A stretch of 39,048 bases of DNA from an uncultured Candidatus Saccharibacteria bacterium. GTDB lineage: Bacteria; Patescibacteriota; Minisyncoccia; UBA6257; GWB1-50-10. The stretch spans positions 1-39,048 of the forward strand of contig CAYISE010000004.1 in the NCBI GenBank assembly GCA_964366055.1, written 5' to 3'. Within the stretch, counting starts at the first letter, position 1; every line of letters starts with the position of its first letter. Positions 18,139 to 27,336 of this stretch are shown piece by piece. A program made the position numbers and the translations under genes. The notes beneath the pieces were generated by a model, which saw nothing but the letters and a program-made list of their open reading frames with translations, was not told the DNA's origin and did no database searches.

Positions 18139-19398
18139 ATGGTTTCTAAAAAGCGGTTGGTGGCAGTTCTTATATTTTTAGTGGCGCTTTCGGTCGGCGC
18201 CGCGGTTTTTGATTACGAACCGCTCTGGCAAAAAATCAGTTCCGGCGGGCAGTGGAAATTGGGATTGGACTTGGCCGGCGGAAGTTTGCTCACTTACGAA
18301 ATGGACTTGTCTAAAGTCGCCCCGGCCGACCAAAATTCGGTGGTGACGGGCTTGCGAGACGTGATTGAGAAACGGGTGAATCTTTTCGGCGTGAGTGAAC
18401 CCAGGGTCTATAACGAAACAAGCGGCGGCAAGACCCGGCTGGTGGTGGAACTGGCCGGCATAAAAGATGTGAACCAAGCAATTAAAGAAATCGGCGCGAC
18501 GCCATTTTTGGATTTCCGCGAAGTGACCCAAACGGCGGACGCGACCTCCACCCTTAAGTTTATTTCAACGCCCCTGAATGGCCGCTACATCACCAGCGCT
18601 CAATTGAATTTCGGTTCCGTGACGCGCGAGCCGCAGGTTGATTTGCAGTTCAACGACGAGGGGGCGAAAATTTTTGCCGAATTGACCGAGAAAAATGTCG
18701 GGAGGCCCCTGGCTATTTTTTTGGATGAACAATTGATTGAAATGCCGACCGTCCGGGAAAAAATTACGGGCGGCAAGGCCCAAATCAGCGGCAATTTCAC
18801 GATTGATTCCGCGAAACAACTTATAGAGCGTTTTAACGCGGGCGCTCTGCCGGCTCCGATTACGCTCATCAATCAGCAGACCATCAGCGCCGATTTCGGG
18901 AAGGAGGCCTTTGATAAGGCCGTCTTCGCCGGATTTTTGGGGATGCTTGCGGTGATTCTCTTTATGATTATTTATTATCGGCAACTGGGAATTTTTGCCG
19001 CTTTCGCGCTGGTAATGTATGCGGCTCTCACGCTCGCGGTTTTCAAAATCGTTCCCATTACCATGACGCTTTCGGGCATCGCCGGTTTTATTCTTTCCAT
19101 CGGTATGGCGGTGGACGCGAACATCCTGGTTTTTGAGAGAACGAAGGAAGAAACGAAAAAGGGTTTAAGCCACTATTCCGCGATTGAAGAAGGTTTTCGG
19201 CGCGCCTGGACCTCCATCCGGGATTCCAATATCAGCACGATGATTACCGCCGCGGTATTATATTATTTCACCTCCAGTTTCGTGCGCGGCTTCGCCCTCA
19301 CGCTCTTCATCGGCGTCTTAGTCAGCATGTTCTCGGCCATTACCATTACGCGGACGATGCTGCGGATATTTATCGGCCGAGATGAAATAAAAAAATAA
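18139..19398 (+). CDS. secD: Protein translocase subunit SecD
   Basis: LGLDLAGG, RVNLFGVSEP, GALPAP, IGMAVDANILVFER. Confidence 0.97.
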   Translation: MVSKKRLVAVLIFLVALSVGAAVFDYEPLWQKISSGGQWKLGLDLAGGSLLTYEMDLSKVAPADQNSVVTGLRDVIEKRVNLFGVSEPRVYNETSGGKTRLVVELAGIKDVNQAIKEIGATPFLDFREVTQTADATSTLKFISTPLNGRYITSAQLNFGSVTREPQVDLQFNDEGAKIFAELTEKNVGRPLAIFLDEQLIEMPTVREKITGGKAQISGNFTIDSAKQLIERFNAGALPAPITLINQQTISADFGKEAFDKAVFAGFLGMLAVILFMIIYYRQLGIFAAFALVMYAALTLAVFKIVPITMTLSGIAGFILSIGMAVDANILVFERTKEETKKGLSHYSAIEEGFRRAWTSIRDSNISTMITAAVLYYFTSSFVRGFALTLFIGVLVSMFSAITITRTMLRIFIGRDEIKK

Positions 19399-19408
19399 AA
19401 TTAAAAAT

Positions 19409-20302
19409 ATGCTGGACGTCATTGGCAAAAGAAAATATTTTTTGGGTTTCTCGGGACTAATGGTCCTCGCGAGCTGGATTTTAGCGGTTACGTTGGGTTT
19501 GCGCCCCGGCATTGATTTGAAGGGTGGCACGGAGTGGCAGATTTCATTTTCAAAAAATGACGTTACGGAATCAGCGGTGCGAACGGCGTTAAAAAACGCG
19601 ATGCCGGAGGCGGGTGAAACAAACGTGAAGCGCGCTGGCGACGGAAGTTTTCTGATTCGCCTGCCGGGTCTGGACGAAGAAGTTCACCAAAAATACGCCG
19701 AGGCGCTCAAAAAAGATTTTGGCGATTTGACCGAGAAAAATTATTCCAGCATCGGGCCGGCCATTGGGTCGGAGTTGAAAAACAAAGCCATTTGGGCGGT
19801 GGCGCTGGTTTTGGTCGGCATCTCGCTTTTTATCGCTTGGGCCTTCCGGAAGGTCTCCGAACCGGTAAAATCCTGGAAGTACGGGGTCGTCACTTTGCTC
19901 ACGTTAGTGCACGATGTAAGTATCCCCGCCGGTTTGCTCGCCGTTCTCGGCTATTGGCAGGGGATTGAAATTGATACTAATTTTATCGTGGCGCTTCTGG
20001 TGGTGATGGGTTTTTCGGTTCACGATACCATCGTGGTCTTTGACCGCATTCGGGAAAATCTGACGATTAATCGCGGCAAGAAAATAGAATTGGGAGAAAT
20101 TATAAACTACAGCGTGAAAGAGACCTTCGCCCGTTCGATCAACACCACCTTAACCCTGATTTTGGTTTTGTTAGTGCTTTTAGTATTCGGTCCGCCCTCT
20201 CTTTTTTATTTCATCCTCACGATTCTCACGGGCACGATTTTCGGCACCTATTCTTCCATTTTCGTGGCCAGCCCCCTGCTTTTCTTATGGCAGAAGAGGT
20301 AG
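19409..20302 (+). CDS. secF: Protein translocase subunit SecF
   Basis: GIDLKGG, HDV, GFSVHDTIVVFDRIRE, GTYSSIFVA. Confidence 0.97.
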   Translation: MLDVIGKRKYFLGFSGLMVLASWILAVTLGLRPGIDLKGGTEWQISFSKNDVTESAVRTALKNAMPEAGETNVKRAGDGSFLIRLPGLDEEVHQKYAEALKKDFGDLTEKNYSSIGPAIGSELKNKAIWAVALVLVGISLFIAWAFRKVSEPVKSWKYGVVTLLTLVHDVSIPAGLLAVLGYWQGIEIDTNFIVALLVVMGFSVHDTIVVFDRIRENLTINRGKKIELGEIINYSVKETFARSINTTLTLILVLLVLLVFGPPSLFYFILTILTGTIFGTYSSIFVASPLLFLWQKR

Positions 20303-20355
20303 TACGGCATGTCCCACCTCTCTTTGCAAAAAATGATATATCGGTAACGCCCCGC

Positions 20356-20630
20356 ATTCTCCCGCAGTGTCTTTCGGAACCGCGGTTCGCTTGCTCCTGC
20401 GGCAAGCGCCCGCTGCGCTCTCGGAGCGGCAAATCCTTACGGATTTTTGAATTCCGAAACAGAAGATTTTAACCCCGCTTCGCTCTGCTTCCAGCGGCAG
20501 AGTTCACTGCTGAAAAGGGTTTTTGCCGCAAACCCTTTTCAGAGGTAAAAATCTTCTGTTTTGTAATTCAAAGTACGGATGCCAAGCTTGCCGCTCCTCC
20601 GAGAGCTTCCTCAAAACACCGCGGCAGAAT
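20356..20630 (-). repeat. Structured repeat family, copy C, interrupted by a nested element
   Basis: Closing stem with TC/TC internal loop; TCCTGCG loop hairpin; CTCTCGG...GCCAAGC...CCTCCGAGAG arm. Confidence 0.85.
20445..20573. mobile_element. Nested 129-bp MITE-like element with terminal inverted repeats and 7-bp direct-repeat flanks
   Basis: TACGGAT at 20438-20444 and 20574-20580; ~30-bp imperfect TIRs; internal TCCAGCG loop. Confidence 0.7.
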
Positions 20631-20673
20631 ATTTGGAGAGAGTGTTACTGCATATATTCGTCCAGTACATTTT

Positions 20674-20703
20674 TTGACTTATTCATAGCAATTGTGTTAT
20701 CAT
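20674..20703 (+). promoter_or_regulatory. Sigma70-type promoter
   Basis: TTGACT-N18-TATCAT with an extended -10 TG. Confidence 0.5.
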
Positions 20704-20716
20704 TATAACCGCAAAT

Positions 20717-21736
20717 ATGAAACAAAATCTTGACCAGTTGATTGAGAATCTTCTCATTGAATTTACGCCCAAACAGCGCCGAGTCATCGTCGGCCGTTTT
20801 GGTTTGAAAAGCGGGGAGCGAGTGACATTGCAGTCCATCAGCAATGAACTCAAAGTTACTCGCGAGCGGGTGCGCCAAATTGAGGAACAGACCATTAAAA
20901 AATTGGTAAAGAAGGTGAGAGAAGAAGCGGCCCCAATCATTGAGTACGCCGAGAAACACTTGGCGAGCGTGGGCGGCGTGAAACGCGACGACGCTTTCAT
21001 CGTTGATATGACTCACGGTTTGGCAATTGGTTCCGATGTCAAACACGCCGGCCAGAAACTACGTTTCCTGTTCCTGGTGGCGGGAACGCCGGCGTATTCC
21101 AAGAATGATAATAATATGCATGGCTTCTGGTTCACCGACGAAAGGGCCAAAGAAAAATTTAACGACTTCGTGAAAACCGTCACTAATTTTTTGAAGACCG
21201 GCAAAAAAGAGGAGATTTTAGACAAGAAACTTTATTTGAATCAGTGCAAGGACTTGGTTTCCTGCCATCTTCTTTCCATTCCCAAACATTTCGGGGTGAA
21301 TGTTTTCGGCGATTTCGGCTTGCGGGTCTGGCCGGAGATTGAACCCAAAACAATTCGCGATAAGGTTTATTTGGTTTTGAAGAAACACGACAAGCCGATC
21401 CATTTTGAGGCCATCGCGAAAAATATTAATAAATTCGGTTTGGATAAAAAATCGGCCCACGCCCAGACGGTTCATAACGAACTGATCAAGGATGAGCGCT
21501 TTGTGCTCGTGGGACGGGGGATTTACGCCCTGAAAGAAAAGGGCTATGAACCCGGCACGGTGCGGGAAGTGATCGCGCGGCTCTTGAAAAAGCACGGCCC
21601 CTTGGAATCGACGACGGTGGTCAAGCTCGTTAATGAACAGCGGCTTCTGAAAGAAAATACGATTTTATTGAATCTCCAGAATCGGCGTTTCTTTAAGCGC
21701 CTGGATAACGGGAAATATCAAGTGCGGGAAGCGTAA
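20717..21736 (+). CDS. Sigma70 region-4 HTH protein with C-terminal winged-helix (HARE-HTH/RNAP delta-like) domains
   Basis: RFGL...TLQSI...VTRERVRQIE; TVHNELIKDERFVLVGRGIYAL; no sigma region 2. Confidence 0.8.
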   Translation: MKQNLDQLIENLLIEFTPKQRRVIVGRFGLKSGERVTLQSISNELKVTRERVRQIEEQTIKKLVKKVREEAAPIIEYAEKHLASVGGVKRDDAFIVDMTHGLAIGSDVKHAGQKLRFLFLVAGTPAYSKNDNNMHGFWFTDERAKEKFNDFVKTVTNFLKTGKKEEILDKKLYLNQCKDLVSCHLLSIPKHFGVNVFGDFGLRVWPEIEPKTIRDKVYLVLKKHDKPIHFEAIAKNINKFGLDKKSAHAQTVHNELIKDERFVLVGRGIYALKEKGYEPGTVREVIARLLKKHGPLESTTVVKLVNEQRLLKENTILLNLQNRRFFKRLDNGKYQVREA

Positions 21737-21744
21737 GATTTTTT

Positions 21745-21879
21745 TCCACTCCCATTTCCTAAAGCACCGGATGTCGCGTTGCTCCAGCGGCAACGCGCAT
21801 CGTTACGCTCTCGGCGAAAAAATCCTTCGGATACCAAGCTTTTTCGCCTCCGAGAGTTGCTTTAGGAAACAGGAGCGGA
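21745..21879 (-). repeat. Structured repeat family, copy D (minimal, uninterrupted)
   Basis: 22-bp closing stem with three A-C (minus G-U) pairs; TCCAGCG loop; ATCCTTCGGAT-ACCAAGC inner loop. Confidence 0.85.
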
Positions 21880-21923
21880 TAACTTCAATAGTTGGTTTAG
21901 ATAGAGTAAAATAAAAGGGAGTT

Positions 21924-23339
21924 ATGTTCGGCCATCTTTTGAAAGAAATAACTTCCTTTTTTGAAGAACTTTTTCAGAAGGAAGAAACCTGGTGGATACT
22001 TTTTATAACCGGTCTGGCCGGAGCGGTTTTTGTTCCTCTTTTCGGACTAGCTGATGTCATCGCGGCGATTATTTATTTTCTGGAACTGACCTGGTGGCTG
22101 TGGCTGTTTTTGATTCTTTTTTACCTGTTTCGCGAAACCTGGCTTCACTGGCATCAGGAGGTTTTTAAAGAAGGCATCAATTGGATTGTTTTGGAGTTGA
22201 GAATTCCGCGCCAGATTGAAAAAAGTTCCAAGGCGATGGAACAGGTGCTGGCCGCGATTCATTCACTTCGGAACGCGCCCGGCGATTTTAAAGAAAAATA
22301 TCTTGACGGCGAGGTCACCCGCTGGTTTTCTCTGGAGATGGTCAGCTTCGGCGGAGAAATCCATTTTTACGTGCGGACCTACGCGAAATTGAGGAATCTA
22401 GTGGAGGCGGCTTTCTTTTCTTACTATCCGGGTTTGGATATCGTGGAAGTGCCGGACTATGTCGCTCGTTTTCCGGAAAAGGTCTATGAAATATATGAAC
22501 AGGGTTTGAATTTATGGGGTACGGAAATGAAATTGGAAAAAGAAGAAATTTATCCGATTAAGACCTATACTGATTTTGAGCACGAGGCCGAAGAGAAGAA
22601 TTTTGACCCCATCTCCACTTTCTTAGAAATGTTGGGGAAACTGAAGAAAAACGAAATTGTCGGCATTCAAATTTTAATCGCGCCGGCTGGCTCGGGGGAG
22701 TGGGACGAAAAATTTGAACCGGAACTGAAGAAATTACGGGAACCCGCGACAAGAAAAGTAAAGGGCCGCCAAATGCCCGAGGGAGGGAACGAAGAGTACG
22801 AGATGACGATTATGCGCTCGCCCGGCCAAGTGGATATTTTGAAAGCGGTGGAAGAAAATCTTTCCAAACCGGCTTTTGATACGCTCATTCGTTTTATTTA
22901 TCTTTCGGATAAGGCGACCTTTTCAGATAGTTTTTCTAAGGGTTTAAAGGGAACGCTAAACCAATATTCGGCGCTTAATCTTAATTCATTTAAAGAAAAC
23001 AAAGGAGTTGCGACTCGCGCCCGGATTTGGAACAAACCCTATGTTTTTCCGGATACCCGGGTGGAGTATCGGAAGGCGCGCTTGCTGCTCAATTATGCAA
23101 AGAGGGAAATTCCGCCTGAAACCGCGATGGGGCGGGTGATTACTTCGTTTCTGTTCAATTGGAATAAGGCCTCCAAACGATTCAAGATGAACACAAAGTG
23201 TTTAGGGACTGTTTATCACATCCCCACGGCGGCGGTTTTAACCGAACCGCACTTGAAGCATTTGGAAAGCAAGAAGGCGGGTCCGCCCTCCGGTTTGGCT
23301 ATTTTCGGCGAAGAGGAGGAATTGGAAAGATATAAATAG
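21924..23339 (+). CDS. Membrane-anchored conserved hypothetical protein upstream of VirD4-like ATPases
   Basis: N-terminal TMs; LELRIP, AMEQV, FSLEMVS, YPIKTY, QILIAP. Confidence 0.8.
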   Translation: MFGHLLKEITSFFEELFQKEETWWILFITGLAGAVFVPLFGLADVIAAIIYFLELTWWLWLFLILFYLFRETWLHWHQEVFKEGINWIVLELRIPRQIEKSSKAMEQVLAAIHSLRNAPGDFKEKYLDGEVTRWFSLEMVSFGGEIHFYVRTYAKLRNLVEAAFFSYYPGLDIVEVPDYVARFPEKVYEIYEQGLNLWGTEMKLEKEEIYPIKTYTDFEHEAEEKNFDPISTFLEMLGKLKKNEIVGIQILIAPAGSGEWDEKFEPELKKLREPATRKVKGRQMPEGGNEEYEMTIMRSPGQVDILKAVEENLSKPAFDTLIRFIYLSDKATFSDSFSKGLKGTLNQYSALNLNSFKENKGVATRARIWNKPYVFPDTRVEYRKARLLLNYAKREIPPETAMGRVITSFLFNWNKASKRFKMNTKCLGTVYHIPTAAVLTEPHLKHLESKKAGPPSGLAIFGEEEELERYK

Positions 23340-23350
23340 TGGCTTTCTAC

Positions 23351-23543
23351 AAATTTCGGAGCCAAAGGCGAACGAAATTTGCCGAGAAAACCTCACCCCG
23401 CCTTCATTGCGCTAATAAGAATATGAAAAACAAAAAAGAAACAATGAACATAAAAAAGGTAATATATCCTCGGTCGGGAATGAAGGCGGGGTGCTCAATG
23501 TTATGGCTAAATTCGTTTCGCCATGACTTGGGCTCGCGAATTT
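23351..23543. repeat. Long interrupted inverted repeat with an A-rich loop
   Basis: Perfect 15-bp arms 23394-23408/23479-23493 plus imperfect ~33-bp outer arms. Confidence 0.7.
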
Positions 23544-23556
23544 AGATAACATTGGC

Positions 23557-24090
23557 ATGTTAAATTTTTTAAGCAGTATTTATCATGGTCTGATAAATTT
23601 CCCGTGGGAGGGTTTTTATGGCGCCGCTCGCGTTATTTTCATCGCGCTGGATTTTATTCTTTTGATTGGTTTTATCTGGGCGCTTAAAAAGGCCCTGGAA
23701 TATCGGCCGGATTTGGTCGGTTCTTTCAGAAAAAGAAGCGGGGAGGGGCTATCCGAAACATTTGACGCGGAAAAATACGGAAAGCATTGGGAGGAAATTC
23801 AAAGCAAGGCCTTCTCCGCTCCGCCCCAGTCGCTCACGCTTGCTATTGTCGCGGCCGATAATTTAGTCGGCGACGCTTTGAGAGAAATGGGCTTGGAGGG
23901 AGAGCATATCGCGGATAGATTGGAGAAGCTGAATCCTCGCGAATTGAAGACCCTGAACAATCTTTGGCGGGCCCACCGCGTCCGAAATGATTTAGTCCAC
24001 ACCACCGGTTTTGAAATAAAGAAAAATGAAGCCAAGGAAATTCTGGATATTTATGAGTCGTTCTTAAAGGAATTGGGAGCGCTAAAGTAA
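23557..24090 (+). CDS. Conserved membrane-anchored hypothetical protein
   Basis: TM segment then AIVAAD...G....DRL...W.AH.VRN.LVH helical domain. Confidence 0.8.
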   Translation: MLNFLSSIYHGLINFPWEGFYGAARVIFIALDFILLIGFIWALKKALEYRPDLVGSFRKRSGEGLSETFDAEKYGKHWEEIQSKAFSAPPQSLTLAIVAADNLVGDALREMGLEGEHIADRLEKLNPRELKTLNNLWRAHRVRNDLVHTTGFEIKKNEAKEILDIYESFLKELGALK

Positions 24091-24176
24091 TAATTTTCAA
24101 TTTTCAATCAATTATCAATGTTTCAATGTTACAATATTACGGTGTTTGAAAATTGTAAATTGAGAATTGCAAATTA
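24091..24176. repeat. Degenerate 7-8 bp tandem repeats forming an inverted repeat
   Basis: TTTTCAA/TTTCAATG-like units followed by complementary AAATTG units. Confidence 0.7.
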
Positions 24177-24182
24177 ATCGCT

Positions 24183-25547
24183 ATGCCCAAGGCCGGAAAA
24201 CTGCAAATAATCAAATACGCTCCGCCGCCGCCCGAACTGCCGATTTACGGCAAAGTGGAGCCGAGCCGGATTTCCTACATCGGCCGGACGAATTACATCG
24301 CCGCGCTGGAAGAGAAGAGATTTATTTTTGGGATTAAGCGGGCGGACCGGCGCCAGCACATTTATATTATCGGCAAGAGCGGGGTGGGAAAATCCAAGCT
24401 GATGGAATTAATGCTCCGCCAGGATATCGCTTTTGATTTCGGTTTGTGCTTAATGGACCCGCATGGCGACGTGATTGACGCCATTCTGGATTTTATTCCG
24501 GAGAACCGGATTAACGACGTTTGCTTGATTGACCCTTCGGATGGAGGATATCCGGTTTCTTTCAACCCGCTCGCGAACGTGGACCCGGCTTTCAAACACC
24601 AACTGACCCAGGGTTTGATTGAGGCGATGGAGAAGCAGTTCGGCGCGAACTGGACGCCGCGGCTGGAGCATCTTTTCCGCTTCACTTGTCTCGCGCTGCT
24701 GGACTATCCACACGCTACAATGCGGGGGATGATTTCTATGCTCACCGACCGCAACTACCGCCAGAAAGTGGCGGAATATATTGAGGACGACATGGTCAAG
24801 CGCTTCTGGACGGTTGAATTCGCCGATTGGTCGGAAAAGTTTGACACCGACGCCATCATTCCGCTCGTGAACAAACTCGGCCAGTTTCTTTCCAACCCGA
24901 TTCTGCGCAATATTTTCGGCCAGAAGGAGAACAAGGTGGATATTGAGAAACTAATGAAAAATAAGAAAATAATTTTCATCAATCTTTCCAAGGGGAAATT
25001 GGGAGAAGAAAATTCCAGCTTCTTCGGTTCAATGTTCATCACCAAAATCAAACAAGCCGGCATGGCGCGGGCGAGTTTGCCGGAATCGGCCAGAGGAGAT
25101 TTTTATCTCTATGTGGACGAGTTCCAAAATTTGGTCACGGAGACCTTTGAGAACCTTCTCTCCGAAGCCCGAAAGTACGGCCTTTGCGTGACGGTGGCCA
25201 ATCAGTATATGGGTCAGCTCTTGCCGGGAGTGCAGGCGGCCGTTTTGGGAAATGTGGGGAGCATTATTGTCTTCCGGGTCGGCGGCGAGGATGCCGAGCG
25301 GCTGGAATCCGAAATGACGCCGGTTTTCAAAGCCAAGGATATGATAAATCTCGGTATGCAGGAGTTCTACATCAAAATGACGATTGACGGAGAGACCTAC
25401 GACCCCTTCTCGGCGGAAACATTGAAAGTTTTACCTCCGCCCCGCGGTTCTTTTAAGAAAAATATTATTGAGGCCTCGCGTGAAAAATATTCTATTCCCG
25501 CCGACGCGGCTAAAAAGTTAGTTGATATAATAGAAATAAATGCCTGA
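24183..25547 (+). CDS. VirD4/TraG/HerA-like P-loop ATPase
   Basis: HIYIIGKSGVGKS, DPHGD, YVDEFQN, EARKYG, ANQY. Confidence 0.88.
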   Translation: MPKAGKLQIIKYAPPPPELPIYGKVEPSRISYIGRTNYIAALEEKRFIFGIKRADRRQHIYIIGKSGVGKSKLMELMLRQDIAFDFGLCLMDPHGDVIDAILDFIPENRINDVCLIDPSDGGYPVSFNPLANVDPAFKHQLTQGLIEAMEKQFGANWTPRLEHLFRFTCLALLDYPHATMRGMISMLTDRNYRQKVAEYIEDDMVKRFWTVEFADWSEKFDTDAIIPLVNKLGQFLSNPILRNIFGQKENKVDIEKLMKNKKIIFINLSKGKLGEENSSFFGSMFITKIKQAGMARASLPESARGDFYLYVDEFQNLVTETFENLLSEARKYGLCVTVANQYMGQLLPGVQAAVLGNVGSIIVFRVGGEDAERLESEMTPVFKAKDMINLGMQEFYIKMTIDGETYDPFSAETLKVLPPPRGSFKKNIIEASREKYSIPADAAKKLVDIIEINA

Positions 25548-27330
25548 AATAGAAAAAGACGTCGTTTATTTCGCGAGAACCGATTTCCGGAACGCCGACC
25601 GGCTTTTTGGCATTAAGCGGAAGGACCGCCGCCAGCATATGTACGTTATCGGAAAGACCGGCACCGGTAAGTCCGCCCTTCTCAATAATTTAATCACCCA
25701 GGATATCGCGAACGGGGAGGGATTGTGCGTGATTGACCCGCACGGCGAACTGGCCGAAGGCATTCTGGAGAAGATTCCCAAGGAGCGGATGGATGACGTA
25801 ATTTATTTCAATCCCGCCGATGCCGATTTTCACATCGGCTTCAATGTGCTGGAGTTACCCGACCCGAAATACAAGCACTTGGCCGCTTCGGGTTTGATGA
25901 GTATCTTCACGAAGATTTGGTCAGGCGTCTGGTCGGCGCGGATGGAGTATATTCTGAATAACGCGATTCTCGCGCTTTTGGACACGCCCGGTTCCACGCT
26001 TTTGGGCATCACGCGACTTTTGGTGGACAAAGAGTATCGCCAGAAAATCGTGACGAATATCAAAGACCCGGTCGTAAAGGCCTTTTGGCTCAACGAATAC
26101 GAAGAATGGAAGGACCAATTCCGGAACGAAGCCATCGCCCCGATTCAAAATAAAGTCGGCCAGTTCCTTTCCACCTCCATGGTGCGGAATATCGTCGGCC
26201 AATCCAAGAGCACAATTGATATCTTTGACATTATGAACACCGGAAAGATTTTCATCGTGAACGTTTCCAAAGGGAGAATCGGCGAAGACAACTCGGCGCT
26301 TTTGGGCGCGATGCTGATTACGAAAATTCAGCTGGCGGCGATGGAGCGCGTGCGCGTCTCGGAAGACGAACGGGTTGATTTTTATCTTTATGTGGACGAG
26401 TTCCAAAATTTCGCGACGGATTCTTTCGCCAGTATTCTTTCCGAATCCCGAAAGTACCGATTGGATTTGATTTTAGCGCATCAGTATATCGGCCAGCTCG
26501 TGACGGACGTTTCCACGAAGGTGCGCGACGCCGTTTTCGGCAACGTCGGCACCATGATCGCCTTCCGCATCGGGGCGGCCGACGCCGAATTTTTGGAAAG
26601 CGAGTTTGAACCGGAACTCACCCCCCAGGATTTCGTCAATCTGCCGAACTATACGATTTATCTGAAATTAATGGTGGACGGAGTAACCAGCCGGCCCTTT
26701 TCTGGAAGAACTCTGGCGCCCTTCAAAGTAGAGTCCTCCGCTGAAATTATAAAAAGCATTATTGAGAATTCCCGGAAGCGCTACACGCGGCCGGCTTGGG
26801 AGGTGGAGAAGGAAGTCAGCGAATGGAGCGGAGTTATGGGGCCGACCGGCGTGCCGGCGGGCCAGTATGAAGCGGTGTGTTCTTCCTGCGGCAAAACGAC
26901 CACCGTCCCGTTTGAACCCCAGGCCGGCCGGCCGGTTTACTGCCGGGATTGTTTGGCGAAAATTAAAGCCGGCGAACTTCAGCCGGTCCCGGCGCGGAGG
27001 GACTTCCCGACAAGCGCGCCGACTCAACCCAAACAATTCTCCGATTTGGCAAGAATGGGGATTGAATATGAAGAGAAGATAACTTCGGCGCCGGCTCTGA
27101 AGAGCGAGCGCAGAGAGCCCGTTGAGATTAAAAAAATAATCACTCCGAAACCGCCCGCTTTTCAGGAAAAACCGTTTATGGAAGAAGAACAGAAAAGCGC
27201 CATTCATTTAAATGAATTGACGAAGCCCCATGAGAATAAAAGAACAAAAGAACCGAAGGAAGGAATGAACGTGGAAAGTTTGCGGAATGCCTTGAAGGAA
27301 GCTCTCACTAAAATAAAGGAGGAGGACTAA
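25540..27330 (+). CDS. VirD4/TraG-like ATPase with a C-terminal CxxC-x17-CxxC domain
   Basis: GKTGTGKS, DPHGE, YVDEFQN, AHQY; CSSCGKTTTVPFEPQAGRPVYCRDC. Confidence 0.9.
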   Translation: MPEIEKDVVYFARTDFRNADRLFGIKRKDRRQHMYVIGKTGTGKSALLNNLITQDIANGEGLCVIDPHGELAEGILEKIPKERMDDVIYFNPADADFHIGFNVLELPDPKYKHLAASGLMSIFTKIWSGVWSARMEYILNNAILALLDTPGSTLLGITRLLVDKEYRQKIVTNIKDPVVKAFWLNEYEEWKDQFRNEAIAPIQNKVGQFLSTSMVRNIVGQSKSTIDIFDIMNTGKIFIVNVSKGRIGEDNSALLGAMLITKIQLAAMERVRVSEDERVDFYLYVDEFQNFATDSFASILSESRKYRLDLILAHQYIGQLVTDVSTKVRDAVFGNVGTMIAFRIGAADAEFLESEFEPELTPQDFVNLPNYTIYLKLMVDGVTSRPFSGRTLAPFKVESSAEIIKSIIENSRKRYTRPAWEVEKEVSEWSGVMGPTGVPAGQYEAVCSSCGKTTTVPFEPQAGRPVYCRDCLAKIKAGELQPVPARRDFPTSAPTQPKQFSDLARMGIEYEEKITSAPALKSERREPVEIKKIITPKPPAFQEKPFMEEEQKSAIHLNELTKPHENKRTKEPKEGMNVESLRNALKEALTKIKEED

Positions 27331-27336
27331 CTCCTC

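Noticed and set aside
20226-20708. Short ORFs between secF and the sigma-like gene
   Set aside because: They are translations of the structured repeat and promoter region
20717-21736. Primary sigma factor RpoD
   Set aside because: Only region 4 is present; region 2 is absent
10325-21879. Structured repeats as group II intron fragments, CRISPR repeats or simple terminators
   Set aside because: No catalytic domain V motif, no regular repeat-spacer array, and they are multibranched without U tracts
23339-23545. 68-aa + strand ORF
   Set aside because: Coincides with the long inverted repeat; no protein-like motif
24183-27330. Conjugative element (ICE)
   Set aside because: No relaxase, integrase or VirB genes; host-like composition among core genes
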